From an uncultured Candidatus Saccharibacteria bacterium (GTDB lineage Bacteria; Patescibacteriota; Minisyncoccia; UBA6257; JAUSGH01): a DNA stretch of 29,518 nt. The translations under genes and the position numbers were made by a program. Shown piece after piece: positions 17,817 to 26,276 of this stretch (the first letter of the stretch is position 1; every line of letters starts with the position of its first letter). Location of the stretch: assembly GCA_964361805.1 (NCBI GenBank), contig CAYICF010000001.1:1-29518 (forward strand), given 5' to 3'. Under the pieces are notes generated by a model. That model was not told the origin of the DNA, searched no databases, and saw only the letters and a program-made list of their open reading frames with translations.

Positions 17817-18047
17817 TCAATCCTCGATGAGCTTGCCGCAGTGCAAGCAGAATCGCGCTTTGACGGCCAAGAAAAGATGATATAGGTCAGAACACCTCCC
17901 GCCCCACAAAGATTCCCAATCGAGGTCGTCTGCCGCCTCTTCTGGCGTTGGAGCAACAACGGTCGACGATGGGAATAGAGTCCCACACTCAATGCAATGT
18001 TGTGCGCATTCGCCCATCTGATAGCCACACCCTTCGCAGAGTTTCAT
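17817..18047 (-). CDS. Small double-zinc-ribbon-like protein (76 aa)
   Basis: CEGC, CIEC and CLHC motifs; GGAG RBS before ATG 18047. Confidence 0.65.
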   Translation of the reverse strand: MKLCEGCGYQMGECAQHCIECGTLFPSSTVVAPTPEEAADDLDWESLWGGRCSDLYHLFLAVKARFCLHCGKLIED

Positions 18048-18109
18048 TGAAAGACGCTCCAAGTATGTATGGCGTCGCGGAAGAATCTTCTATGCATAGT
18101 AACCTTAAA

Positions 18110-18508
18110 TTAAATATTTTCATAATGACGAACAATCGCAGAAGAATAAAAGTCCTTACTTGCACCAGGAACAAATTTGGGGAGCGATATCGCAACAACA
18201 TCAATGCGCCAGCCCCTTGCATCACAGACAAGCTCCGGATGTTTGTTTGCGTAAAATTGCGCGACGCGTTTCAGTTTTGAAATTTTGTGGGAAGTCATTT
18301 GGTCTTCAGGAAGAATTGCTTCACGACTCCCCTGTGCGGTCATTGTTTTTACCTCAACGAAGACAAGAGTTGAATTGACACATTTTGCTATAATGTCAAG
18401 CTCACCAAACACCATCCGATAGTTACGGTCAACAATTGTATATCCCCTACCAACAAGGTATCGGGATGCAAGATCCTCCCCTATCCTGCCAACGTCACTA
18501 TTTTTCAT
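18110..18508 (-). CDS. yraN: YraN-family (UPF0102) PD-(D/E)XK protein
   Basis: GRIGEDLASRYL, RNYR..FGELDIIA, LVFVEVKT, WRIDVVAI. Confidence 0.9.
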   Translation of the reverse strand: MKNSDVGRIGEDLASRYLVGRGYTIVDRNYRMVFGELDIIAKCVNSTLVFVEVKTMTAQGSREAILPEDQMTSHKISKLKRVAQFYANKHPELVCDARGWRIDVVAISLPKFVPGASKDFYSSAIVRHYENI

Positions 18509-18516
18509 ACAAACAT

Positions 18517-18825
18517 TGTTTCACGTTAAACACAGTCTGTAAAACGCGAACAATGTTTAACGTTAAACACCGCACGTTGTTTGCCGTTAAACACCAACGA
18601 CAAGAAATAAAAAAAGAACCCGAGATATGCGGCAATTTGATAATATTTTTGTATCAAATTGCCGGATAAGAAGAGGAAAATGCTATTTAATCGGCAAATT
18701 GCCGCATTGCCGATTAAATAATCGAAGATACGGGGATTGTTTACCGTGAAACATCGCGCGTAAAACAACGGAGAATGTTTAACGTTAAACACTGTTTTGC
18801 GCAAAAATTTGTTTAACGTGAAACA
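18517..18825. other. Cluster of six parS-like 16-bp palindromes
   Basis: TGTTTCACGTTAAACA 18517, TGTTTAACGTTAAACA 18554, TGTTTGCCGTTAAACA 18578, TGTTTACCGTGAAACA 18738, TGTTTAACGTTAAACA 18776, TGTTTAACGTGAAACA 18810; 1-3 mismatches to TGTTTCACGTGAAACA. Confidence 0.7.
18630..18720. repeat. Two inverted repeats between the parS-like triplets
   Basis: CGGCAATTTGATA-9nt-TATCAAATTGCCG (18630-18664) and TATTTAATCGGCAA-9nt-TTGCCGATTAAATA (18684-18720). Confidence 0.9.
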
Positions 18826-18850
18826 TCGAAAAACGTGAAAATCGAAATAA

Positions 18851-18940
18851 TGTAGGTTTTAATTGACGATTCAGTTATTGGCTTACGAGCGATGTTTTAC
18901 AGTGTTTTACAAGCCAATCGTGTAGGTTTTAATTGACGAT
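18851..18940. repeat. Perfect 20-bp direct repeat, 70-bp period
   Basis: TGTAGGTTTTAATTGACGAT at 18851-18870 and 18921-18940. Confidence 0.92.
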
Positions 18941-18958
18941 CGGCTTATAAAATAGGTG

Positions 18959-19002
18959 TTAAACAAACTGTTAAACAAAAAATTGTTTAACAGTTTGTTT
19001 AA
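18959..19002. repeat. Inverted repeat with 20-bp arms and 4-nt loop
   Basis: TTAAACAAACTGTTAAACAA-AAAA-TTGTTTAACAGTTTGTTTAA. Confidence 0.92.
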
Positions 19003-19093
19003 TGGGGGATTGTAAAAAAATAAAAAAAGTGTTTCTATATGAATCGGCAATCTGCAAATTAAAAAACGCCAATCCTTATAATTTGGAAAGGCG

Positions 19094-19858
19094 TCATTGC
19101 TCGGACCGATGCGCAGCAGCAAGTGTCTTAAGTGCGAACCATGCAGTGGCGAGTTCTTCTGCGCGCGGACGCTGGGTGGTGATATGTCGCTGGAGCAGGA
19201 TTGAAAGGGTACGAAAAACGGGAACACGATCGAAGCCGATAAGCGCATCAATTTGGAGAATGAATTCCAAGAGCAAGAGGAGGCTGATTGGCATCGAGAG
19301 ATGCAATAATTGCGCAAGAAATGGGACGACGAGTAGCGAGCAAAAAATCGGAGCAAGGAGGCGACCGCCGCATTTGGGGTGGACCGTAGATTCGTCCATC
19401 ATTGCGATGGGGTCGATTTGTTTCGTGCGTTCGTAGGAAGCGATCGCCATATGTTCTGCGCCGTGCCACCGTGCAATGCGAAATCGGGTGTATAAAAGAA
19501 AGAGGACGAGGGGAATTGCATTGGCGATAATGCTAGTAACGGCCAGCGCAACAGCGTTTGCATTCGGAGGAACCGGCGGCGCGAGCAAGGCTTGAAGAAT
19601 AACGAACGCGACCAAACAATGAGCAAAGAATCCATTGCCGGCAATGATCATGGAGCACAAGCGGAAGATGCGCGGGACAAAAAAACGCGACCATCCTCGT
19701 GCGACAAGACGATGTTTGGTGAGCGAGCACGAAACCGAATGATCGTTGGGATGATACGTCGCGATGGCGGTAAAACGATCAGATAAAATTCGGATACGTC
19801 GGCACGTCGAATATCCAGAAAGCGTCCCAAGGGGCGGGACAGGGGATTGATCGGCCAT
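19094..19858 (-). CDS. DUF1385 (YqhQ-like) membrane protein, putative metal-dependent enzyme
   Basis: RWHGAEHMAI and HPKCGG motifs, Q.HITT..P near C-terminus; AAAGGAG RBS. Confidence 0.8.
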   Translation of the reverse strand: MADQSPVPPLGTLSGYSTCRRIRILSDRFTAIATYHPNDHSVSCSLTKHRLVARGWSRFFVPRIFRLCSMIIAGNGFFAHCLVAFVILQALLAPPVPPNANAVALAVTSIIANAIPLVLFLLYTRFRIARWHGAEHMAIASYERTKQIDPIAMMDESTVHPKCGGRLLAPIFCSLLVVPFLAQLLHLSMPISLLLLLEFILQIDALIGFDRVPVFRTLSILLQRHITTQRPRAEELATAWFALKTLAAAHRSEQ

Positions 19859-20006
19859 CGCACAAGCTCCTTTTCAAAAAACAAAAAACACTATATCAAT
19901 AATAACAAAAATAAAAAACGGAAGCTAGCAGAAGCCGAGCTCTCGGATGACGCGATCGAATTCTTCCCATGAGCCGACGCGCTGCGCAATCGCGCTAGGA
20001 TTAATG

Positions 20007-20078
20007 TGGGCGGTGCAGGATTTGAACCTGCGACCCTCGCAGTGTAAATGCGATGCTCTGCCGCTGAGCTAACCGCCC
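20007..20078 (-). tRNA. tRNA-Val(TAC)
   Basis: GGGCGGT TA GCTC AGCGGCA GAGC A TCGCA TTTACAC TGCGA GGGTC GCAGG TTCAAAT CCTGC ACCGCCC A. Confidence 0.96.
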
Positions 20079-20236
20079 ATAACATAAGTCGCTCCCGAAC
20101 GAAATGATCATAATATATTTATCCAAATAAAAAAAGGTCGCTTCGTGTGGTTAACTGTATGGTAGATTCCTCACGCAAGTTGTAGTAGGATGAGTGTAGG
20201 AAGGCGACAAAATATATTCTATAAAATCACAAACGT

Positions 20237-20566
20237 ATGCCCTCACGTATTGATCCACATGAATTAGAACGATTAACTCGAGAGCTCGCTGATGAGTCCC
20301 GAGAGCTGATGAAAAAACAAGGCGAGTTTGCGACGCTCAAACGCACGATCGAAGACGCGAAACATGAGCTTGGCGAATTTGAGCGCATGAAATCGCGCAT
20401 GCGCGAACTTGAACAGATGAAAAATAATCTACCGCACCAAGAAGGGGAGCTTCACCGTTTTGAATCAGAAATTCGAGAATTGCAAGGCGATGCAGAAAAA
20501 CGAAAACGCGCGGTGCGCGAGCTTCAACGCCAACTCGACGAACTGAAACGAAAAGGAGTCGCGTAG
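20237..20566 (+). CDS. Coiled-coil hypothetical protein (109 aa)
   Basis: Heptad-rich E/K/R/L sequence over its whole length. Confidence 0.7.
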   Translation: MPSRIDPHELERLTRELADESRELMKKQGEFATLKRTIEDAKHELGEFERMKSRMRELEQMKNNLPHQEGELHRFESEIRELQGDAEKRKRAVRELQRQLDELKRKGVA

Positions 20567-20581
20567 TCTTTGCTGATTCAT

Positions 20582-21043
20582 ATGGCCATGCCTCATCCGC
20601 CAGAGATTCTGAATTATCATGAGATTGTTGACGGTATTTATGTCGGCACTAATCAGTGCTGCCAAACACACTTCAGCGAAGAACTCCTCACCAAAGGAAT
20701 ACGTGCGGATATCTCCCTTGAAAAAGATCGCGTTGACGCGCCTTTTGGTGTCGATTTTTATACATGGATTCCCATCGAAGATCACTCTGCGCCAACCCCA
20801 ACACAATTTGACTTTGGTGTCGCGACGATCACAAAGCTCGTGGCGATGGGGGAAAAAATATATATCCATTGCAAAAACGGACATGGTCGTGCACCGACAC
20901 TTGTTGCGGCATATCTTATCTCCGCGAACGGGGAGAGTCCGGAATCAGCTGAGGCGCTTATCAAACAAGCGAGGCCGGTGATGCACCTGTGGGACGTCCA
21001 GCGCGATGCGTTACAGGCGTTTGCTTTGCGTATGAAAAAATAA
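20582..21043 (+). CDS. Dual-specificity/protein-tyrosine phosphatase family protein
   Basis: IYIHCKNGHGRAPTLVAAYL (HCxxGxxR) and IEDH general-acid loop; start 20582 or 20588. Confidence 0.9.
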   Translation: MAMPHPPEILNYHEIVDGIYVGTNQCCQTHFSEELLTKGIRADISLEKDRVDAPFGVDFYTWIPIEDHSAPTPTQFDFGVATITKLVAMGEKIYIHCKNGHGRAPTLVAAYLISANGESPESAEALIKQARPVMHLWDVQRDALQAFALRMKK

Positions 21044-21055
21044 TTTATTCTCTCT

Positions 21056-21505
21056 ATGCTCAAAAAATTTCTTCTTCTTTGCGTTGTTTGTCTGTCCGCC
21101 GTGCTTATTTATTGGCTTGTAACCCCATTATTCTTTACTAAAACTGTTTCTGAAAAAATGGAGGACATCGTGCCGCCATCTACGCTGTTCACCGTTCTTT
21201 CGCAGGGCGCGTTTTCTGGGCTTGCAGGACACAACGCCGAGGGCACCGCGCAGCTGATCCAAACAAATGGTAAAAATTATATTCGACTCGAAGACGATTT
21301 TCGGGCAACGAATGGTCCGGATCTCTTTGTTTATCTTGGCCGAAGTGGAGCCTCTGCCCCAGATGTACAACTTGCACCACTCAAAGGCAACTCCGGTGGA
21401 CAGAATTATCTCCTCCCCGACAATTTGAACGCCGCCGACTACAACGAAGTCTGGGTGTGGTGCCGTGCGTTTTCAATTCCATTCGGAAAAGCTTTACTTC
21501 GATAG
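21056..21505 (+). CDS. DM13 domain protein with N-terminal membrane anchor
   Basis: NGPDLFVYL, LKGNSGGQNYLLP, VWVWCRAFSIPFG. Confidence 0.88.
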   Translation: MLKKFLLLCVVCLSAVLIYWLVTPLFFTKTVSEKMEDIVPPSTLFTVLSQGAFSGLAGHNAEGTAQLIQTNGKNYIRLEDDFRATNGPDLFVYLGRSGASAPDVQLAPLKGNSGGQNYLLPDNLNAADYNEVWVWCRAFSIPFGKALLR

Positions 21506-21629
21506 ACATGTGCAGTTGACTCACGATTTTATTCCGTTTAATCTCGGAACTGCGATCTTGCTCGTGGTCGTCGCTTTTGTCATTGGACGCACCAAAATTG
21601 ATAAATTCTGATCCTGTTCGACTCCCAGG

Positions 21630-21672
21630 CACAAACAATACAAGCCGCTACGCGCGGCTTGTATTGTTTGTG
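21630..21672. terminator. Bidirectional terminator-like hairpin with 19-bp arms
   Basis: CACAAACAATACAAGCCGC-TACGC-GCGGCTTGTATTGTTTGTG between convergent genes. Confidence 0.7.
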
Positions 21673-21709
21673 TAGTATATCTCAATGTCATGGTGCAGGG
21701 AAAGAATCG

Positions 21710-21934
21710 TCATATCTTCACGAACGAAGATCGGGCTAGTCCACTTCTCAGATTTTGTAGAAATTTTTTACTGTATTTTTTGGTAGCCGCAAAATGGCCC
21801 ACTATTTCATCGGCATTTTTGGTGGGTGGGGGAGAAAATACGTTCTCCGTAAAGACTAGTTTGAGGTATTCAAAACGAAGGCTTTTGTCTACTAATTCTT
21901 GGTATTGTTTTTGCGGAATATTGACTGAAGGCAT
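21710..21934 (-). CDS. Small hypothetical protein (74 aa)
   Basis: Protein-like composition (MPSVNIPQKQYQELVDKSLRFEYL...); function unknown. Confidence 0.55.
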   Translation of the reverse strand: MPSVNIPQKQYQELVDKSLRFEYLKLVFTENVFSPPPTKNADEIVGHFAATKKYSKKFLQNLRSGLARSSFVKI

Positions 21935-22052
21935 AGGGTTATTTCACTACACTACTAGCAATAGTGTATCTTTTTTTAGTCTCGAAGTCAATGTAGCAAC
22001 TCTACATGCTTTTACCACCCTTCCGCTAACACGTTGGTATAGTATACTATAT

Positions 22053-22539
22053 ATGAGCATGCTCACGGGCACTAAGCCTTGGACCACCTATACCTTTGCA
22101 CAAGATCATTTTATGGTTAAGTTTCCTGCGCTTCCGATCCAAGAATCAGCCAATCCACCGATACCAGAAAGCAATCTTACTATGCCTCTGCATCGCTATA
22201 CTGCTCAAGCGCAGGATGGTACGTACTATCAAGTTGACGTACACCAGTGGCCCAGTCAAATGGTTTCCCAGCATGTGCCCAACGATATTTTTCAAGCAAG
22301 TCTTCAGGGTATTTTACAGACTACGCAGGGTACCTTACTCAATAACTACCGCAGTTGCCGTACAGGGGCATCCTGCACTTGACTATGCGATGCACGGGTC
22401 CAATGGGTATACGCGTGGTCGCCTTGTGTTAGTTGGTGAACGAGTCTATGATGTATTTATACTAGGTGCTCAAGATTACCATCAAGACGAGGCAGAGGAT
22501 TTTATAAAAAGTTTTCAGATTGTAGAGTTGAAAAAGTAG
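22053..22539 (+). pseudogene. Frameshifted PsbP/DcrB-like domain gene
   Basis: Frame A WTTYTFAQDHFMVKFPALP...TQGTLL continues in frame B as SITTAVAVQGHPALDY...FIKSFQI; shift at 22338-22341. Confidence 0.65.
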
Positions 22540-22567
22540 GGATGCGGCGATAACTTTATCAAGAGCT

Positions 22568-22810
22568 ATGAACTTTAAGAGCGCCATGTTGAGACGAAAA
22601 AAGCTTATCATCATACTAGGTGGACTCACGAGTATCATCGCCGTGAGTGTTGGATTGGTCATATTCATGCGTAACAATACCATTTCTCAACAAGAAATAA
22701 TACTATCATCCACGCCTTCATTACCCACAAATCTTATTTCTCCTCCTGATTTTACACTTCCGCTCGCTCCACATAAACCCCTGCGACGTGACATAGGAAA
22801 TAAAAATTAA
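22568..22810 (+). CDS. Small single-TM hypothetical protein
   Basis: RRKK followed by a hydrophobic helix and Pro/Ser/Thr-rich tail; 4 nt from the next gene. Confidence 0.5.
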   Translation: MNFKSAMLRRKKLIIILGGLTSIIAVSVGLVIFMRNNTISQQEIILSSTPSLPTNLISPPDFTLPLAPHKPLRRDIGNKN

Positions 22811-22814
22811 ACCT

Positions 22815-24782
22815 ATGCGTAGTACCCTTATTATGATCGTGCTGGTAAGTATGGTGACGTTTGCTCACCCAGCCTTGGGCATTGAGGCAAGCTCTCTTAC
22901 ACAACTCAAAGAAGATATAACCTGGGCACGCCATTTTCTCAATGGATTCACCCTCTATGTTAAAAGCCTGCAGGAAGTAGGATATGAGCAATGGGGGTTT
23001 ACGCCATCCACTACAACCCTCACTACACTAGAAAAACTCCTCAATGATGCTCAGGTAGCAGTAACACACAATAATCCAGCACATGCCTTGGAATTACTGG
23101 AATATTGGGAAGATGTATTTGATGACTATGACCAAGCTATTTCGCAATCATTGCATACTGCCCAAGTGCAGTATCTCAAAGAAGAATGGGTGAACAAAGG
23201 CATCGCTTCCATAGATACATGGCTCGGCGAAATGGAGCAACAAGGTTACTCCATGCAAGAGTGGCGTGCATCCTGGCAACAATTGCGCGATCAATTTGCT
23301 ACTATATACCAAGCATTTTCTTTATTTCCTCCGCGCAGTTCATGGGAAGATGTAGAGCATTGGCAAACAGCTTATTATGATTTTTCTGACGCCATAGAAA
23401 CAATGCTCAATAGTTTGAACTTTGATAGAGAAGCGCAGCAACAGTACTTGCAACAAGTAGAACAATGGTTTCATGAGACCCAAACATTTTTAAATGAAGA
23501 ATACGAAGCAATGGAGCAGGCAATTGCGCAAGGACTTCCTCAGGCTCAAGAAGATCTTGACTTTCTTGTTTCTTTCAAACCTTCGCTCCAGGAACTTGAA
23601 AGCGTATTGCAACAAGGTAACGTATTTAAGGTAGAAACGTTAGTAAGCCAGATTGAGGAATTCGTACAATTATATTCCACACTCCTCCAAGAACGCCTTG
23701 TGTTTTTACAACAACAAGAACAAGAAAATACGAACATTCTGCAAGAATTCCAGGCGTATGCCACCCAGCTCAAAGATACTATCAATAACCAAGAATTCTC
23801 CTCCTACATTGAGGAATCGCTGGCTTCTCTGACACAATGGATACAGCAAGGACAGGAAGCACGGTTAGCGTTTGAACACAACAACGATGTAATCGCCCAC
23901 TATACGGCCATGTATGTATTCACCAATTTTGACACTACCCGCCTCACCTTTCAAGAAGAGCTGGTAAAGGCTTTTCGTGACTTTCAAGGTACACCAGACC
24001 GCGAACAACTCCCGGTGGCCGGAGCGTCTGAAGAATATGAAGAAGAGCTTGCGAATGTGGTGCAGAAAGAACATATTCCCTCTCTTGAGGAAGAAATTTC
24101 CTTTGATCCTGCAGTTGCCGCAGAGATGCGCCAACAACTACCCCAATGGGTAGAAGACTTTTTCCAACAATTTGATGTTGAAAAGGATGGAGAGCTCGAT
24201 CTGGAAGAAGCAGGCCAATTCTATTATTTTGTAGAACAACATATTAAGTATCGCTACGACGATGAAGAAAAAGATGTACACGGAGACCTTCAAACATGGG
24301 TAGGCGATGGGCGACCTGGTGCTGAGTATCGACAACGTCCCGAAGAAACACTGTCTGAAGGAGCAGGAGATTGTGAAGATATGGCAACGCTGCAAGTGGC
24401 CTTTTACCGTTTTTGGGGTATTCCTGCATTTGTTGCTGGTGTGAATGCAGAGGATCCCCAATTCCTCGATCACGCGGTAGCTATTGTGTATATTGGAGAA
24501 ACTCCAGAAGAATACCAAGAACTCTTGGGTGATATGGTCTCCTGGGAATTTGCCGAAGGAGAAACAATACCAATAGGGTATGGTATAGAAGAATTCCCGT
24601 CAGGGTCTTATATGCTGGTAGACAATGCGTACTCTGATACCTTTGGCGCTCTCACGGATGGATTGCCAGAAAATAAGTTTGAAATTTACTGCATCGCGCC
24701 CGATGATGCGCCTTACGATGACGCATGGGACGAATTCTTAGAGGATTGTGCTTCGGTCGCACATTATGAATGGAGTATTTAA
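22815..24782 (+). CDS. Secreted helical protein with C-terminal transglutaminase-like cysteine-protease domain
   Basis: Signal peptide ...HPALG; long Q/E-rich helical region; GAGDCEDMA (Cys), DHAVA (His), LVDN (Asp); EF-hand-like DVEKDGELDLEE. Confidence 0.75.
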   Translation: MRSTLIMIVLVSMVTFAHPALGIEASSLTQLKEDITWARHFLNGFTLYVKSLQEVGYEQWGFTPSTTTLTTLEKLLNDAQVAVTHNNPAHALELLEYWEDVFDDYDQAISQSLHTAQVQYLKEEWVNKGIASIDTWLGEMEQQGYSMQEWRASWQQLRDQFATIYQAFSLFPPRSSWEDVEHWQTAYYDFSDAIETMLNSLNFDREAQQQYLQQVEQWFHETQTFLNEEYEAMEQAIAQGLPQAQEDLDFLVSFKPSLQELESVLQQGNVFKVETLVSQIEEFVQLYSTLLQERLVFLQQQEQENTNILQEFQAYATQLKDTINNQEFSSYIEESLASLTQWIQQGQEARLAFEHNNDVIAHYTAMYVFTNFDTTRLTFQEELVKAFRDFQGTPDREQLPVAGASEEYEEELANVVQKEHIPSLEEEISFDPAVAAEMRQQLPQWVEDFFQQFDVEKDGELDLEEAGQFYYFVEQHIKYRYDDEEKDVHGDLQTWVGDGRPGAEYRQRPEETLSEGAGDCEDMATLQVAFYRFWGIPAFVAGVNAEDPQFLDHAVAIVYIGETPEEYQELLGDMVSWEFAEGETIPIGYGIEEFPSGSYMLVDNAYSDTFGALTDGLPENKFEIYCIAPDDAPYDDAWDEFLEDCASVAHYEWSI

Positions 24783-24805
24783 TGAGGTAATTATTTGGTC
24801 TCCAC
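24359..24805 (+). repeat. 447-bp direct repeat, copy 1
   Basis: AGGAGCAGGAGATTGTG...TTATTTGGTCTCCAC; same ends and identical translation as 25784-26230 (offset 1425). Confidence 0.95.
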
Positions 24806-25651
24806 ATCAATATTGGCCAATTTCCAGATGCCATGTTCAGCAAGATATTCTACAGAAAAATGCAATGACTTTACGGATCCAGGATAATAACCTTGTATCT
24901 TAAGAAAGCCATCAGCATCCAGAGATGCTGGGGAAGACATTACAGGTGTTACGGCGTCCACAAAACCCGTCACATCAATATTTTTCGTAATAAAATCACT
25001 GAAGGCCGTGCGCAATGCAGAAGGGCTTGTTTGCTTTTGCGACTCATTTGCAAGGGCCCCATAAAAGTGAACAAAATTTTGATCCTCGCGTTCTAACCCT
25101 TGATGGTTGGCATAGGAAATTTGTGCATTTTTTAAATCCTTAGCGAACAAGTTCATACTGATAAATACCAAACGCCTTAACTCTTCTTGAGAAGGAATCT
25201 TGTTCTCGTAATTCACAGTCTCGGAAGAACCCGCCGAGGGTATTAATCCACCTATATGAGGTGCAAGACGAAAAATTTTCCACACATCATGCTCTTTCAC
25301 TAATTCAATGGCGATTGGCACCACGCCTCCTTCCTTAGTCGTAATAGTACCTTCAGATATGCCTCTCCCCCCTGTTTCCACATACGTTTTGCTCCAATTG
25401 GCGCTTTCATACTCTTGTAAGGTAGAGTATGCCAAAAAATTCGTAAATTGCTCATACGAGGTTTGAGCTTGAAATTCTCGAGCGGTCATTTGGTATGCGT
25501 TTTCCACATCGCCTGTTTTAATGTGGGTGAAAAAATCATTCGTTGCCTGCCGCACGCCACTCGTGGCATACCACACGAGATTCCATGCCACTACGCCAAT
25601 CACCACTAAGACACCAAGGATAATAAGAATAATACGAAGTGTTTTGTTCAT
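24791..25651 (-). CDS. Membrane-anchored protein with two NTF2-like (DUF4864-like) domains
   Basis: N-terminal TM; DFFTHIKTGDVENAYQMTAREFQ...LVKEHDVWKI and a second ...EYLAEHGIWKL repeat. Confidence 0.7.
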   Translation of the reverse strand: MNKTLRIILIILGVLVVIGVVAWNLVWYATSGVRQATNDFFTHIKTGDVENAYQMTAREFQAQTSYEQFTNFLAYSTLQEYESANWSKTYVETGGRGISEGTITTKEGGVVPIAIELVKEHDVWKIFRLAPHIGGLIPSAGSSETVNYENKIPSQEELRRLVFISMNLFAKDLKNAQISYANHQGLEREDQNFVHFYGALANESQKQTSPSALRTAFSDFITKNIDVTGFVDAVTPVMSSPASLDADGFLKIQGYYPGSVKSLHFSVEYLAEHGIWKLANIDVETK

Positions 25652-25687
25652 ATGTTATTTTATTTTTCTCCGTACCAATGCCCTCCC

Positions 25688-25789
25688 TCATACTACCGCG
25701 TTGGGTAATTCTAGCACATCCATCCAATAGCGCCTAGGATCATGAGGATCAATATACACCGCAATGGTGTGACCTTGGCTGGCAGGAGC
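25688..25789 (-). pseudogene. 3' remnant (33 codons) of a paralog of the DUF3592-like gene at 27786-28586
   Basis: APASQGHTIAVYIDPHDPRRYWMDVLELPNAVV* versus APAKQGQTITVYLDPHHPVRYWMDVLELPNAVV*. Confidence 0.85.
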
Positions 25790-26230
25790 AGGAGATTGTG
25801 AAGATATGGCAACGCTGCAAGTGGCCTTTTACCGTTTTTGGGGTATTCCTGCATTTGTTGCTGGTGTGAATGCAGAGGATCCCCAATTCCTCGATCACGC
25901 GGTAGCTATTGTGTATATTGGAGAAACTCCAGAAGAATACCAAGAACTCTTGGGTGATATGGTCTCCTGGGAATTTGCCGAAGGAGAAACAATACCAATA
26001 GGGTATGGTATAGAAGAATTCCCGTCAGGGTCTTATATGCTGGTAGACAATGCGTACTCTGATACCTTTGGCGCTCTCACGGATGGATTGCCAGAAAATA
26101 AGTTTGAAATTTACTGCATCGCGCCCGATGATGCGCCTTACGATGACGCATGGGACGAATTCTTAGAGGATTGTGCTTCGGTCGCACATTATGAATGGAG
26201 TATTTAATGAGGTAATTATTTGGTCTCCAC
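25784..26230 (+). repeat. 447-bp direct repeat, copy 2 (3' end of the transglutaminase-like gene; ORF 25806-26207 is this fragment)
   Basis: Matches 24359-24805. Confidence 0.95.
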
Positions 26231-26241
26231 GCGTAAACTTT

Positions 26242-26262
26242 ATCCCCGCATACAGCGGGGAT
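26242..26262 (-). terminator. Hairpin terminator after the 490-aa gene
   Basis: ATCCCCGC-ATACA-GCGGGGAT. Confidence 0.55.
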
Positions 26263-26276
26263 TTTCTACCTACTAC

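Noticed and set aside
18517-18825. CRISPR array
   Set aside because: Repeats are only 16 bp with irregular spacing (37, 24, 160, 38, 34 bp) and there are no cas genes; a parS consensus explains them better
20136-20208. Alternative pairings (GTCGCTTC/GAAGGCGAC versus TTCCTCAC/GTGTAGGAA) upstream of the coiled-coil gene
   Set aside because: Short, bulged stems, no match to a riboswitch I recognise, no terminator
21516-21626. 31-codon hydrophobic ORF and a GTTCGACTCCC T-arm-like 11-mer near the compositional break
   Set aside because: Too short; no matching tRNA 3' end in the window to define an att site
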